Source: a virus. Taken from it: DNA of 64,000 nucleotides. The notes beneath the pieces were generated by a model. That model saw only the letters and a list, made by a program, of their open reading frames with translations. It had not been told where the DNA came from and searched no databases. The translations under genes and the position numbers were made by a program. Position 1 is the first letter of the stretch, and the number at the start of each line of letters is the position of its first letter. Shown piece after piece: positions 37,794 to 47,731 of the stretch. The stretch lies in IMG/VR virus record IMGVR_UViG_3300020190_000008; one strand, 5' to 3'.

Positions 37794-38909
37794 ATGATTG
37801 AGTTAGATAAAGAATATTTTAAAAAACCTTACTATTTCTTTTTGAAAGATAAAGGAAGTAAAATTTCATTGTATTATTCGGTTTCTAACACATTAAATGA
37901 AGCCAAGGAAAAAGATGAAAAAATCGATATACCGAAAACACAAGAAAAAAAAGTTAAAAATATTGTTGGCAATATTCTTAAAAGTGACAAAACATTTACT
38001 GCATCATCAATTAAAAATGCTTTTAAAAAATTGTTGGGTGATGCAAAAAAAGAAGTAGGCGAAACAAAACTTTTGGCTAAAATAATTGCTAAGTCTTTAA
38101 ACTCATACATTAAAGAAGGTGATTTAAATTTAGATGATGATGATGTTACATTTATAAAATCACAATCTAAAGATTTATTAAAAATTTTACCAATTGTTGT
38201 TTTTCAAGTTGTACCTGGTTCTACTATTGCAACACCATTTATTATCGCATTAGCTGAAAAAGTTGGTTTAAAGTTAACCAGTAAAATTCCAGAAAAATAT
38301 AAAAAAGAATCTAAAAAAGAAGGTGGTGAAATTGAAGAATTTGTTGACGTTGACGGTAGTATGTCAAGTTCTAACATTCCAATTTTAGATATGGGTCAAC
38401 ACACACAATGGACACAAGATATGAGAGCAACTCTTACTAGAATGGCCAGTGGTAATTTTCCATTTAAAGCTAGAATTTATTTTGGTGAAGGTAAAAAAAA
38501 TAAAAATATATTAGATGAAGAAGATTTTTCTGACGCATATGGGTATGAAGAAATTGATGATGACAATATAAAAACATTTAAAGGGTGTATTAGTGTTTTT
38601 AAAAATTTAGAAATCAAAGACCCGTTCGAAAGATATGAAAGATGTATGTCTTTTGGTTTTGACCCAGAATTAGACGAAGAAGGAAAACAAAGAATTGTTG
38701 AATTGAGGAAAGAAAAAATGAAACAAATGATTGATGAACTTCTTTTAAGTAAAAAATCAAAGGATAAGGACATTAAAACAAAAGATAGCGAAGACGATTC
38801 TCCAATTAATAAAATTTTGATGAGAAATTTAGAATCAATAAAAAAACTAGCAGATAAAGAAGGAATAAGTTTAGATAAATTAATAAAACACCTAGAAAAA
38901 AGTGAATAA
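37794..38909 (+). CDS. Hypothetical protein with internal LETM1-like hydrophobic motif
   Basis: ORF track; QSKDLLKILPIVVFQVVPGSTIATPFII. Confidence 0.6.
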   Translation: MIELDKEYFKKPYYFFLKDKGSKISLYYSVSNTLNEAKEKDEKIDIPKTQEKKVKNIVGNILKSDKTFTASSIKNAFKKLLGDAKKEVGETKLLAKIIAKSLNSYIKEGDLNLDDDDVTFIKSQSKDLLKILPIVVFQVVPGSTIATPFIIALAEKVGLKLTSKIPEKYKKESKKEGGEIEEFVDVDGSMSSSNIPILDMGQHTQWTQDMRATLTRMASGNFPFKARIYFGEGKKNKNILDEEDFSDAYGYEEIDDDNIKTFKGCISVFKNLEIKDPFERYERCMSFGFDPELDEEGKQRIVELRKEKMKQMIDELLLSKKSKDKDIKTKDSEDDSPINKILMRNLESIKKLADKEGISLDKLIKHLEKSE

Positions 38910-39372
38910 AGATTTATACGGAAAAACAATCCAGTTACCAAAAGAAATAACTGAATATCTTGAAACTTGTTTTAACCACGTTAGTAACTCTGATGCAAAC
39001 ACAGAAGGGCACAATAGAAATCAAGAATTAAGAAACACGGGTTATGTAACTTATCAACAACTTGGTAGAATAAAAAATTGGTTTGATAATTATAGTGGTG
39101 ACGGAAAAGATGCTCCATACATATTAAATGGTGCTGACTATATGAAAAGTTGGGTTGACAGAACACTTGACTCAATTAGAAATGGGGATCAAATGTCAAA
39201 ACAAATAAGGCAAGACTATCATCCAGAACCAATTGATAATAAATTAGTTGATGATATGGGTTGGTTAGCAGATATGAATAGACCATCAAAAGAACATAGT
39301 AAGTTCCAAGATGATATTAAAATAACAGAAAACCTTAAAAGGATAAACGAAATAATGAAAAAATTACTCTAA
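38902..39372 (+). CDS. Hypothetical protein
   Basis: GTG start overlapping upstream stop; C-terminal ITENLKRINEIMKKLL. Confidence 0.7.
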   Translation: MNKDLYGKTIQLPKEITEYLETCFNHVSNSDANTEGHNRNQELRNTGYVTYQQLGRIKNWFDNYSGDGKDAPYILNGADYMKSWVDRTLDSIRNGDQMSKQIRQDYHPEPIDNKLVDDMGWLADMNRPSKEHSKFQDDIKITENLKRINEIMKKLL

Positions 39373-39659
39373 TGGCAACAAGTGAAAGATTAGATTTTAG
39401 TCAACCAATGAATGATCTTGGTATGATTGGTGAAGATCAAAGAAAAAAATTAATCCCAAAAAATGACTATAAACCAACAAATTCATATTCAGCAACAAAT
39501 AAAGATGCAATATCTGATGGTGATGAATTTGGAAAAGGTACAGGAACTTTTTTGGATACCGCTAATGGTGGTTCGTCTACCGACATTTTTGAAAGGATTA
39601 ACGAAATAAAGATTAATGAATATCAAAAAGACAAACCATACACCACTCCAACGGCTTAA
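39372..39659 (+). CDS. Hypothetical protein
   Basis: TAATG coupling on both sides; DAISDGDEFGKGTG. Confidence 0.75.
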   Translation: MATSERLDFSQPMNDLGMIGEDQRKKLIPKNDYKPTNSYSATNKDAISDGDEFGKGTGTFLDTANGGSSTDIFERINEIKINEYQKDKPYTTPTA

Positions 39660-40039
39660 TGAAACTTTACAATGTATATAATAATCTTATTGTTGAAATA
39701 GCGTCTATAAATACAATTGTAGATGCTATTAAGAAACGACAACGGGTTATTGTTTACTATGATGGTGATGAACCAGGTGGTAAAGGTTTAAGAATTATTG
39801 AACCGGTTTGTTATGGTTATAGTAAGGCTGGTAATCCAGTATTAAGGGCTTGGGATTTGGAAGGTTCTTCGCATAGAGCGTATCTGGGTAAAAAACCGTT
39901 ACCGAGTTGGAGAATGTTTAGAATTGATAAGATTATAACCTTTAAACCTACAACTGAAACTTTTGACGAACCAAGACCAAATTATAATCCAGCTGGAGAT
40001 AAAAGTATGACAAGAGTAATAATAAACGCAGTATTTTAA
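39659..40039 (+). CDS. Stand-alone WYL-domain protein
   Basis: AIKKRQRVIVYY...RIIEPVCYG...LRAW...WRMFRIDKI. Confidence 0.85.
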   Translation: MKLYNVYNNLIVEIASINTIVDAIKKRQRVIVYYDGDEPGGKGLRIIEPVCYGYSKAGNPVLRAWDLEGSSHRAYLGKKPLPSWRMFRIDKIITFKPTTETFDEPRPNYNPAGDKSMTRVIINAVF

Positions 40040-40044
40040 ATTGT

Positions 40045-40638
40045 ATGAAATCAGAACAAGATATAATAAACAAACTTATGATTTCCAAAAAAATAATGGA
40101 AAAACATAATGAAATCGGTAGGGGTGGTTTACCACAACAAACAAATTTTAACATACCACAGGTTGACGAATTTCAACCAGTACAAGGAAATTACAACATT
40201 CCAAAAGAATTTTTATTAGAAAGTGAAGTAAAAATCCAAAATAATGTTTCACAAGGGACAACAGAAGAAAGAATCAAAAATTCAAAGTTACCTGACGAAA
40301 TAAAAAGACTTATGTTGGAACACCCAATTGAACAACCAACATCTTATAATGGTAGTGCAACATTATCTGATGAACTTGTTGAAAAAGCATCAAGATTAAT
40401 GGGGACAAATCAAACTCAAACACAAAACCCAGTTACACAACAAAAAACACAACAAATAAATACTAAAATAGATTATAGTGAAATTAGAGATATTGTTAGA
40501 GAAACTGTAGAAGATGTGTTGAAAGAAAATGGTTTACTTGTTGAATCAACAACAAGGTCTAACGAAGCTTTTAAATTTAGAGTTGGTAATCATATTTTTG
40601 AAGGTAAAGTAACAAATATTAAAAAAATACAGAAGTAA
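40045..40638 (+). CDS. Hypothetical protein
   Basis: ORF track; SKLPDEIKRLMLEHPI. Confidence 0.7.
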   Translation: MKSEQDIINKLMISKKIMEKHNEIGRGGLPQQTNFNIPQVDEFQPVQGNYNIPKEFLLESEVKIQNNVSQGTTEERIKNSKLPDEIKRLMLEHPIEQPTSYNGSATLSDELVEKASRLMGTNQTQTQNPVTQQKTQQINTKIDYSEIRDIVRETVEDVLKENGLLVESTTRSNEAFKFRVGNHIFEGKVTNIKKIQK

Positions 40639-40659
40639 TTTAGTTTTTGCGTATCATCG

Positions 40660-40688
40660 AACCTCAACATAATTGTTGAGGTTTTTTT
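40660..40688 (+). terminator. Rho-independent terminator
   Basis: AACCTCAACA-TAAT-TGTTGAGGTT perfect 10-bp stem followed by TTTTT. Confidence 0.9.
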
Positions 40689-40743
40689 ATATTTAATAAA
40701 TTACCTTTTGATATTACTGGACTATTTATAAATAAAAATAGTT

Positions 40744-41658
40744 ATGGGTAAAAAAATTAATTTAGATGAAGATTTAGTAATTAAAGAATATTTGTCAGGT
40801 AAAAGTTCTTTAGGGCTGGCAAAAGAATTTAATGTGTCAAAACCAGTAATTCTTGGAATTTTAAAAAAAAATAATGTAACAAAAAAACGAGATAGGTGTA
40901 AATCACTAAAAATTGAAAAGGTTGGTGAAAAGTATATAACAAAAAGGATTTGTCCTAATTGTAAAAAAGAAACTGATGTTGCAACAACACACCCAACAAC
41001 AACTTGTAGAAACTATTTTAAAGCGCTCAATGAAAATTCTGTATGTAAAAAATGTTTGAGTGATGTTATGGTTGGGGAAAGAAATCCATTTTATGGAAAA
41101 AAACATTCAAAAGAGACAAAAGAACAAATTTCTAAAAGTAGAATAGGTAAAGCGACTGGTAAAAATAATTCTATGGCAAATCCAGAACATAGGAAAAAGG
41201 TAGCTGATATGATTAGAAAAAAATGGAAAAATGGCGAAATGGAACACGTTAGAAAAATTTTTTCTGAAACAATCAAAGAAACCAAAAGATTGGGAAAAAT
41301 TAAATCTGTAATAAGATCTAAAACAGAAAAACAAATTTTAAATAAAATAAAAAAATTAGGATATGAAGTAATTCATTCTTTTAAAATTGATACAAAAATT
41401 TGTGATATTTTTTTACCACAATTAAACTTAATAATAGAATACAATGGTGATTATTGGCATTGTAACCCAAACAAATATAGTAAAGAATATTTTCATCAAG
41501 TAAAAGGTATGACCGCTGAACAATTGTGGGAATACGACAAAAACAAGATTGACTTAATAAAAAATAAGGGTTATAATTTAGAAGTGGTTTGGGAATCAGA
41601 TTATAAATCAGATAAAACCATAATAAATAATCTAATTAAAAAATATGACAGAAAATAG
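40744..41658 (+). mobile_element. Free-standing homing endonuclease (HTH + Zn ribbon + NUMOD3 + Vsr/DUF559-like nuclease)
   Basis: CPNC...CKKC, NPFYGKKHSKETKEQIS (NUMOD3), CDIF...IIEYNGDYWH...GYNLEVVWE; TATTTATA at 40723-40730. Confidence 0.85.
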
Positions 41659-42892
41659 CCCCTTGAATGGTCGTGAAAGAATCAGAGTATTGGTTCTCCC
41701 AAGTGACCAGTCGGGGGTTGGCTGAGGTAAATTCCGATCAGTTGACCCCCACGTTAAATTACAAAATATGTATCCAGATGAATTCCATGTGGATATAGAT
41801 TACGAACCAAAAATAAATGATATAAATTACTGGAAAAAATATCAAATTGTTCATTTCCATAGAAGTATTGGTACCGATTACGATAATTGTACAAACATTA
41901 TTAAAATGTTAAGGTCATTGGGTATTATTGTTATTGCAGACATTGATGATTATTGGTTACCAACAAAAGAACACCCAATACATCAATTAATAATTCAAAA
42001 TAAATTACACGAAAAAATTATTGCAAATTTAAAAGTTTCTGATTATGTTATTACAACCACAGAATTATTTGCAAATGAAATTAGAAAGTTCAACAAAAAT
42101 GTTATTGTATTACCAAATGCTGTTGACCCAGCTGACCCGCAATTTAATGAACAAACACCAAAGTCTGATAAAATTAGAATTGGTTGGTTAGGTGGTTCTT
42201 CACACCTACACGATTTACAACTTTTAAATGGTATGGTTTCAAAACTATCAACGATTCAAGACAAGTTACAATATTACGTTTGTGGTTTTGATATTCGTGG
42301 TACTGTAACAGAAATTAACCAACAAACAGGACAAAAAACACAAAGATCAATAAAACCAGAAGAAACTGTTTGGGTTAAATACGAACAAATTTTTACGGAC
42401 AACTATAAAATTATAACACCAAAATATAAAGATTATTTAGATACATTTACAGAAAATGATTATCCTGGTGTTTTAGATGAGAACTATGTAAGGGTTTGGA
42501 CAAGACCAGTTACAAGTTATGCAAAAAACTATTCTAAATTTGATATTTCTTTAGCACCAATTAAAAACCATATTTTTAACAGAATGAAGTCTCAACTTAA
42601 AGTTATTGAAGCTGGTTTTTATAAAAAAGCTTTAATTGCTTCTAATGTTGGTCCATATACTATTGATTTAAAACATGCACTTAAAAATGGACAATTTACA
42701 GATGGAAACGCATTACTTGTAAATGAAAATAATAATCATAGTGATTGGGCAAAAAATATTAAAAAGTTAGTTGAAAACCCAAATATGATTACAGATCTTG
42801 GTGAAAGACTATATGAAACAGTTAAAGACAAATATGATTTAAACCGAGTGACAGAAACAAGAGCACAATTTTACAAATCTTTAATTAAATAA
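41645..42892 (+). CDS. GT-B (GT4-like) glycosyltransferase whose frame is interrupted by an in-frame TGA at codon 27 (41723-41725)
   Basis: ATG 41645 reads MTENSPLNGRERIRVLVLPSDQSGVG*GKFRSVDPHVKLQN in frame with MYPDE (41768); body motifs DIDDYW, IGWLGGSSH, DISLAP, FNRMKSQLKVIEAG. Confidence 0.8.
41713..41750 (+). other. 13-bp RNA stem-loop enclosing the in-frame TGA
   Basis: GGGGGTTGGCTGA (41713-41725) pairs with TCAGTTGACCCCC (41738-41750): 10 Watson-Crick and 3 G-U pairs. Confidence 0.75.
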
Positions 42893-42893
42893 A

Positions 42894-43595
42894 ATGATAA
42901 ACATACCTATAACAAAAATATTATTCTTGGATATTGAAACCGTTGGTGGTTGTCCGGATTATGAATCTTGTCAAAAGTTTAGTCCAGAAATTGCAAATCA
43001 ATTTGATAAATATTTTGATTGGTTTTTAAAACGATTTCCAGAAGATTTGGGATTATCAAAAGATGAAGTTTTTAAAAAACGAGCAGCTCTTGTACCAGAG
43101 TTTGCAAAAATTGTTTGTGTATCAGTTGCATTTGTTTTAGAAAATGGCGAAACAAAAAAACAATCTTTTTCTGGTGAAGATGAAAAAAAATTATTAAAAG
43201 AAGTAAGAACATTACTTGATAGATGTGAAAAACTTGGATTCTATCTTTGTGGACATAATTTAAAAAATTTTGACATCCCAATGACAGCAAAACGAATGAT
43301 TATAAATGGGATTCGTCCTTCAAAAATTTTACCATCTTATGATACAAAACCTTGGGAAATAAAAGCAATTGATACAAAAGAAATTTGGCAATATGGTTCT
43401 TACACATCAATTGGTTCATTAGATTTATTATGTTCTTGTTTAGATATACCAACACCAAAGGATGGTGAAATAACTGGAGATTCAGTACACAAAGCATATT
43501 GGGAAGAACAAAAAATGAAAGAAATCACAGAATATTGTGAAAAAGATGTGGATGTTTTAATTGAAGCAATAATGAAATTAAAAAGTTTAGAATGA
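42894..43595 (+). CDS. Stand-alone PolB-type 3'-5' exonuclease
   Basis: FLDIET, GHNLKNFDIP, YCEKDV (DEDDy). Confidence 0.85.
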   Translation: MINIPITKILFLDIETVGGCPDYESCQKFSPEIANQFDKYFDWFLKRFPEDLGLSKDEVFKKRAALVPEFAKIVCVSVAFVLENGETKKQSFSGEDEKKLLKEVRTLLDRCEKLGFYLCGHNLKNFDIPMTAKRMIINGIRPSKILPSYDTKPWEIKAIDTKEIWQYGSYTSIGSLDLLCSCLDIPTPKDGEITGDSVHKAYWEEQKMKEITEYCEKDVDVLIEAIMKLKSLE

Positions 43596-44155
43596 GTGAT
43601 AATATAGAAAATTTGTTTGACGATTCAATCGCAGATATTGATTACAATAAAATATTAAATGAATTTGGAATAGATGTTGAAACCCTTGAAAAAGAACTTG
43701 GTGTTTATCAACCAACAATAGATTTAAGGTTTTCAAAAGAAACTGATGAAGTTGTTACGCCAAATTACGCATACCCTTCAGATTCTGGTTTTGACTTACA
43801 TTCAACTGAAGAAATCTATATTGAACCTTTTGGTAGAGCTTTAGTTCCAACTGGTTTACGTTTGGATATTCCTGAAAACTACGAAATTCAGGTTAGGTCT
43901 AAAAGCGGTCTTGCTTTAAAACAGGGACTTATGGTTTTAAATTCACCAGGAACTGTAGATCAAGGATATACCGGTGAAATCAAAGTAATATTATTTAACA
44001 CAACAAATGGTAAAATTAAAATAGAAAAAGGTCAAAAAATTGCTCAAGGCGTTTTATGTCCTGTTGTTAGCGGAAGGTGGGTTAAAATAAAAGAAGTTAA
44101 AAGCGTTGAAGACAAAGATAGGTCTGATAAAGGATTTGGAAGTACGGGAATATGA
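43592..44155 (+). CDS. dut: Trimeric dUTPase
   Basis: DSGFDL, RSKSGLA, NSPGTVDQGYTGE, KIAQ, RSDKGFGSTG. Confidence 0.95.
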   Translation: MSDNIENLFDDSIADIDYNKILNEFGIDVETLEKELGVYQPTIDLRFSKETDEVVTPNYAYPSDSGFDLHSTEEIYIEPFGRALVPTGLRLDIPENYEIQVRSKSGLALKQGLMVLNSPGTVDQGYTGEIKVILFNTTNGKIKIEKGQKIAQGVLCPVVSGRWVKIKEVKSVEDKDRSDKGFGSTGI

Positions 44156-45675
44156 TTACAATAGGATACTCAACAAGAAAACATAATCCAACACTAATAG
44201 AATATTACAAAAAAGCTTGTGGTGGTGGAAAGAAAATTGAAGTTATTGAAAAGGTTAATAATGGTGAAAAGGGTCTTGCTCAAGTTTATAATGAAATATT
44301 AAATGAAGCAAAAAATAATATTGTTGTTTTTTGTCACGATGATATTGAATTTGACACAAATAACTGGGGTGAAAAATTATTAAAACTTTTTAATAAAAAT
44401 CCAGAGTATGGTATTATTGGTATTGCTGGAACAACTGATTTAATTGATGGTCGTTGGTGGACACTAAAAGAATCTATGACTGGTATTGTTTCACACAAAC
44501 ACGAAGGAAAAAAGTGGACCAATACATATTCTCAAGACCAGGGAAATAAACTAAAAGAAGTTGTTGTTCTTGATGGATTATTTTTTGCTGTTGATAAGAA
44601 AAAGATTCAAAGAAGGTTTGATGAATCATTTGAAGGATTTCATTTTTATGAAATTCCTTTTTGTCTTGAAAACTATTTGAATAATGTTAGGCTTGCTGTT
44701 ACAACACAAATTCGTGTAACACATATGTCTATAGGTCAAACAAATGAACAGTGGGAAAAAAATAAAATTAAGTTTGAAGAAAAGTATAAAGAAGTAATAC
44801 CAGTTAGATTAACAAGTAATAAAACTTTAGAAGAAAAGATGATTCTTGATATATCTAAGGTTGGTATTGGCATGACCACATATAAAGCTGAGCATAGGAT
44901 AAAACAATCGGCATTTACTGTACCAAAATGGATGAAAAATTTTGTTATTGTAAATGATGGTACACCATACGATAGTTCTTCGTACCCAGAACAAGCACAC
45001 ATAATCCAACACGAAAAAAACCAATGTGTTGGTGCTGCAAAAAATACCGCAATGAAATATCTTTTAGAGCAAGGTTGTGAACATATATTTTTAATGGAAG
45101 ATGATATTTTAATTAAAGATGAAAAGGTATTTGAAGAATATATAAAACATTCAGTATTATCTGGTATAAAACACTTAAATTTTGCTCTTCACGGACCCGC
45201 AAATAAAAAAGGTTCTACTAGGTTTACAACACTTGAAGATAGGAAAGACGTTGACGGTGAGCCAAATCCAAGAATGGTTATTCCATATCCAGATGGTATT
45301 AAAATTGTTTTATATCCAAACTGTGTTGGTGCATTTTCTTATTATCACAAGTCAGTTTTAGATAAAATTGGTCTGTTTGACCCAATGTTTAAAAACGCAT
45401 GGGAACACGTAGAACACACATACCAGGCAATTAAAAATAAATTCCACCCACCTTTCTGGTATTTTGCCGACATTGAAGATAGTTGGAAGTTTTTGACTGA
45501 TATTCCAAATTCAATTCAAGAAAGTACAATTGCAAGGACACCTGAATGGAATGATAATTTTAAAAGAGGAACCGAACACTATAGAAAAAAACATGGGATG
45601 ACACCAACGGAAACTCCTACAATGTCACCAGAATTTGTTTACAATACAATAAATTTTATGTATAATAAAAGATAA
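44152..45675 (+). CDS. Two-domain GT2-like glycosyltransferase
   Basis: FCHDDI, LDGLF, FHFYE; second domain IVNDG, GAAKN, LMEDD. Confidence 0.85.
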   Translation: MITIGYSTRKHNPTLIEYYKKACGGGKKIEVIEKVNNGEKGLAQVYNEILNEAKNNIVVFCHDDIEFDTNNWGEKLLKLFNKNPEYGIIGIAGTTDLIDGRWWTLKESMTGIVSHKHEGKKWTNTYSQDQGNKLKEVVVLDGLFFAVDKKKIQRRFDESFEGFHFYEIPFCLENYLNNVRLAVTTQIRVTHMSIGQTNEQWEKNKIKFEEKYKEVIPVRLTSNKTLEEKMILDISKVGIGMTTYKAEHRIKQSAFTVPKWMKNFVIVNDGTPYDSSSYPEQAHIIQHEKNQCVGAAKNTAMKYLLEQGCEHIFLMEDDILIKDEKVFEEYIKHSVLSGIKHLNFALHGPANKKGSTRFTTLEDRKDVDGEPNPRMVIPYPDGIKIVLYPNCVGAFSYYHKSVLDKIGLFDPMFKNAWEHVEHTYQAIKNKFHPPFWYFADIEDSWKFLTDIPNSIQESTIARTPEWNDNFKRGTEHYRKKHGMTPTETPTMSPEFVYNTINFMYNKR

Positions 45676-45676
45676 T

Positions 45677-46438
45677 ATGATAGATTTTAAAGACGTAACA
45701 TTTATTATACCAATACGGTTTGATAGTGAAGATAGAAAAAGAAATTTTGCTGTTACAATAAATTTTTTAGAAAAAAATTTTGACACAAATATAATTGTTA
45801 TGGAATCTGACAAAACCTCAAACGAAAGTTTTGTAAAAAACATATCAAAAAAAATTCATTACGTTTTTGAAGAGCATGAAAGTAACCTATTTCATAGGAC
45901 AAAAATGTTAAATGACATGACAAAATTGTGTAAAACAAATATTATCGCAAACTATGATGTTGATGTATTATTTACAATAGAACAGTATTTAGCAACAAGA
46001 TTTGCATTAAACACGGGAGTTGATTTTGTTTTTCCATATGGAGGTAAGTTTTATGATATACCCCAAAGATTTTTTAGTTTATTAACTGAAAATAAATTCA
46101 ATGAAATTGATTTGAATGATTGTACACTATTTAATCCTAATTCAATGGGGGGTGCTATATTTTTTAATAAAGACGCTTACACAAAAATTGGACTGGAAAA
46201 TGAAAATTTTATTTCATGGGGACATGAGGATTGGGAAAGAGTTGGTCGTATAGAAAAGATGGGGTACAAAATTTATAGAACACCAGGTGTGTTATATCAT
46301 TTAACACATTATAGAACACACAATAGTTCAGGGTCAAATCCAATGTATAACCATAATGGTAATGAATACAGAAAAGTTATGTCAATGTCTAAAGAACAAT
46401 TGACAGAACATATAAAAACTTGGAATTGGATAAAATAA
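45677..46438 (+). CDS. GT2/GT7-like glycosyltransferase
   Basis: TFIIPIR, NYDVD, GG...ENENFISWGHED. Confidence 0.8.
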   Translation: MIDFKDVTFIIPIRFDSEDRKRNFAVTINFLEKNFDTNIIVMESDKTSNESFVKNISKKIHYVFEEHESNLFHRTKMLNDMTKLCKTNIIANYDVDVLFTIEQYLATRFALNTGVDFVFPYGGKFYDIPQRFFSLLTENKFNEIDLNDCTLFNPNSMGGAIFFNKDAYTKIGLENENFISWGHEDWERVGRIEKMGYKIYRTPGVLYHLTHYRTHNSSGSNPMYNHNGNEYRKVMSMSKEQLTEHIKTWNWIK

Positions 46439-46462
46439 AAAAATAAAAAAAATAAAATTATT

Positions 46463-47092
46463 ATGAGTGGAATTAATTATCAATGGGCAAAAACTTTTAT
46501 TAACAAAGAAACGCCTATAATATTTGACATTGGGGCACATAACTTTAACGACAGTATAAACATAAAGATAAATTTTCCAAGTGCAACGGTTTACGCTTTT
46601 GAAGCATACAAAAACAACTGTGAAAAATTTGGAACTAATGCAATAAATCACAATATTCAGGTTTTTAATTTGGCAATATCTGATAAAGTAGGTAAAACAA
46701 AATTTTACAATTCTGAAACATTGAACGGAATGGAATGGACTTGTTCTGGTTCTATATTACAACCAACAAAAGAAGAAGGTGTAACTATCCATCCAGGGTT
46801 AATATATAATAGAGAAGGAATTGATGTTGAAACAGTTACTATTGAATATTTTTGTGAGGAAAATGACATTGATAATGTGGACTTCATTCACATGGACATA
46901 CAAGGGGCAGAATATTACGCAATAAAAGGTATGGGTGAAAGAATAAAACCAAAAATAATTTATTGCGAAACCTTTGAGTATGATTCATATGAAAATTCAT
47001 TGAGTAGAGATGATTTAGATAACCTTTTGTTTTCACTTGGTTATTCTATAAAAGAAAGATTTGAATACGACACACTATACATTTTAAATTAA
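46463..47092 (+). CDS. FkbM-family methyltransferase
   Basis: FDIGAH, YAFEA, HMDIQGAE. Confidence 0.88.
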   Translation: MSGINYQWAKTFINKETPIIFDIGAHNFNDSINIKINFPSATVYAFEAYKNNCEKFGTNAINHNIQVFNLAISDKVGKTKFYNSETLNGMEWTCSGSILQPTKEEGVTIHPGLIYNREGIDVETVTIEYFCEENDIDNVDFIHMDIQGAEYYAIKGMGERIKPKIIYCETFEYDSYENSLSRDDLDNLLFSLGYSIKERFEYDTLYILN

Positions 47093-47104
47093 AAAAATAT
47101 ATTT

Positions 47105-47728
47105 ATGGAATTTTATTCACAATATGGTCAAGATAAGTTTTTATTTGAAAACTTTTTTAAAGAAAAAAATAATGGGTTTTATTTAGATATAGGAGCACAC
47201 GACGGTATAACTTTAAGTAATACTTACTTTTTTGAAAAATTGGGTTGGGATGGGGTTTGTATAGAACCGATACCAAACGTGTTCAATAAATTAAAAGAAA
47301 ATAGAAACTGTAAATTATTTAATTGTGCTCTATCGAATAAAAAGGGTACTGAAAATTTTCTATTACTTGAGGGTTATACCGAAATGTTGAGTGGTTTATT
47401 AGAAAATTACAATCCAGCACATTTATTAAGAATAGAAAATGAATTAAGAATGATGGGAGGTAATAAAAAAATTATAACAACAGAAACTATAACTTTTGAC
47501 GAATTAAATCTACCAAAAAATATAGATTACATGAGTTTAGATGTTGAAGGTTCAGAAATGAAAATTTTAGAAACTATTGATTTTAATAAAAATCAAATAA
47601 ATTTGATTTCAATCGAAGTAAATCACAATTCAGATTTTATATCTAATTATTTAGAATCGAAAAATTTTGAAAAGATTACTACTTTAGGTTGTGATTACAT
47701 ATACAAAAATAAAAATTTCAACATTTAA
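47105..47728 (+). CDS. FkbM-family methyltransferase
   Basis: YSQYGQD, LDIGAHDG..SNT, CIEP, SLDVEGSE. Confidence 0.9.
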   Translation: MEFYSQYGQDKFLFENFFKEKNNGFYLDIGAHDGITLSNTYFFEKLGWDGVCIEPIPNVFNKLKENRNCKLFNCALSNKKGTENFLLLEGYTEMLSGLLENYNPAHLLRIENELRMMGGNKKIITTETITFDELNLPKNIDYMSLDVEGSEMKILETIDFNKNQINLISIEVNHNSDFISNYLESKNFEKITTLGCDYIYKNKNFNI

Positions 47729-47731
47729 AAA

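Noticed and set aside
40640-41770. Group I intron housing the endonuclease
   Set aside because: The upstream gene ends normally with a terminator, no upstream exon is apparent, and non-coding flanks are too short for a ribozyme core
41768-42892. ATG 41768 as the true glycosyltransferase start
   Set aside because: It would omit the first beta-strand and Gly-rich loop, which are encoded in frame upstream of the TGA; internal initiation there cannot be fully excluded
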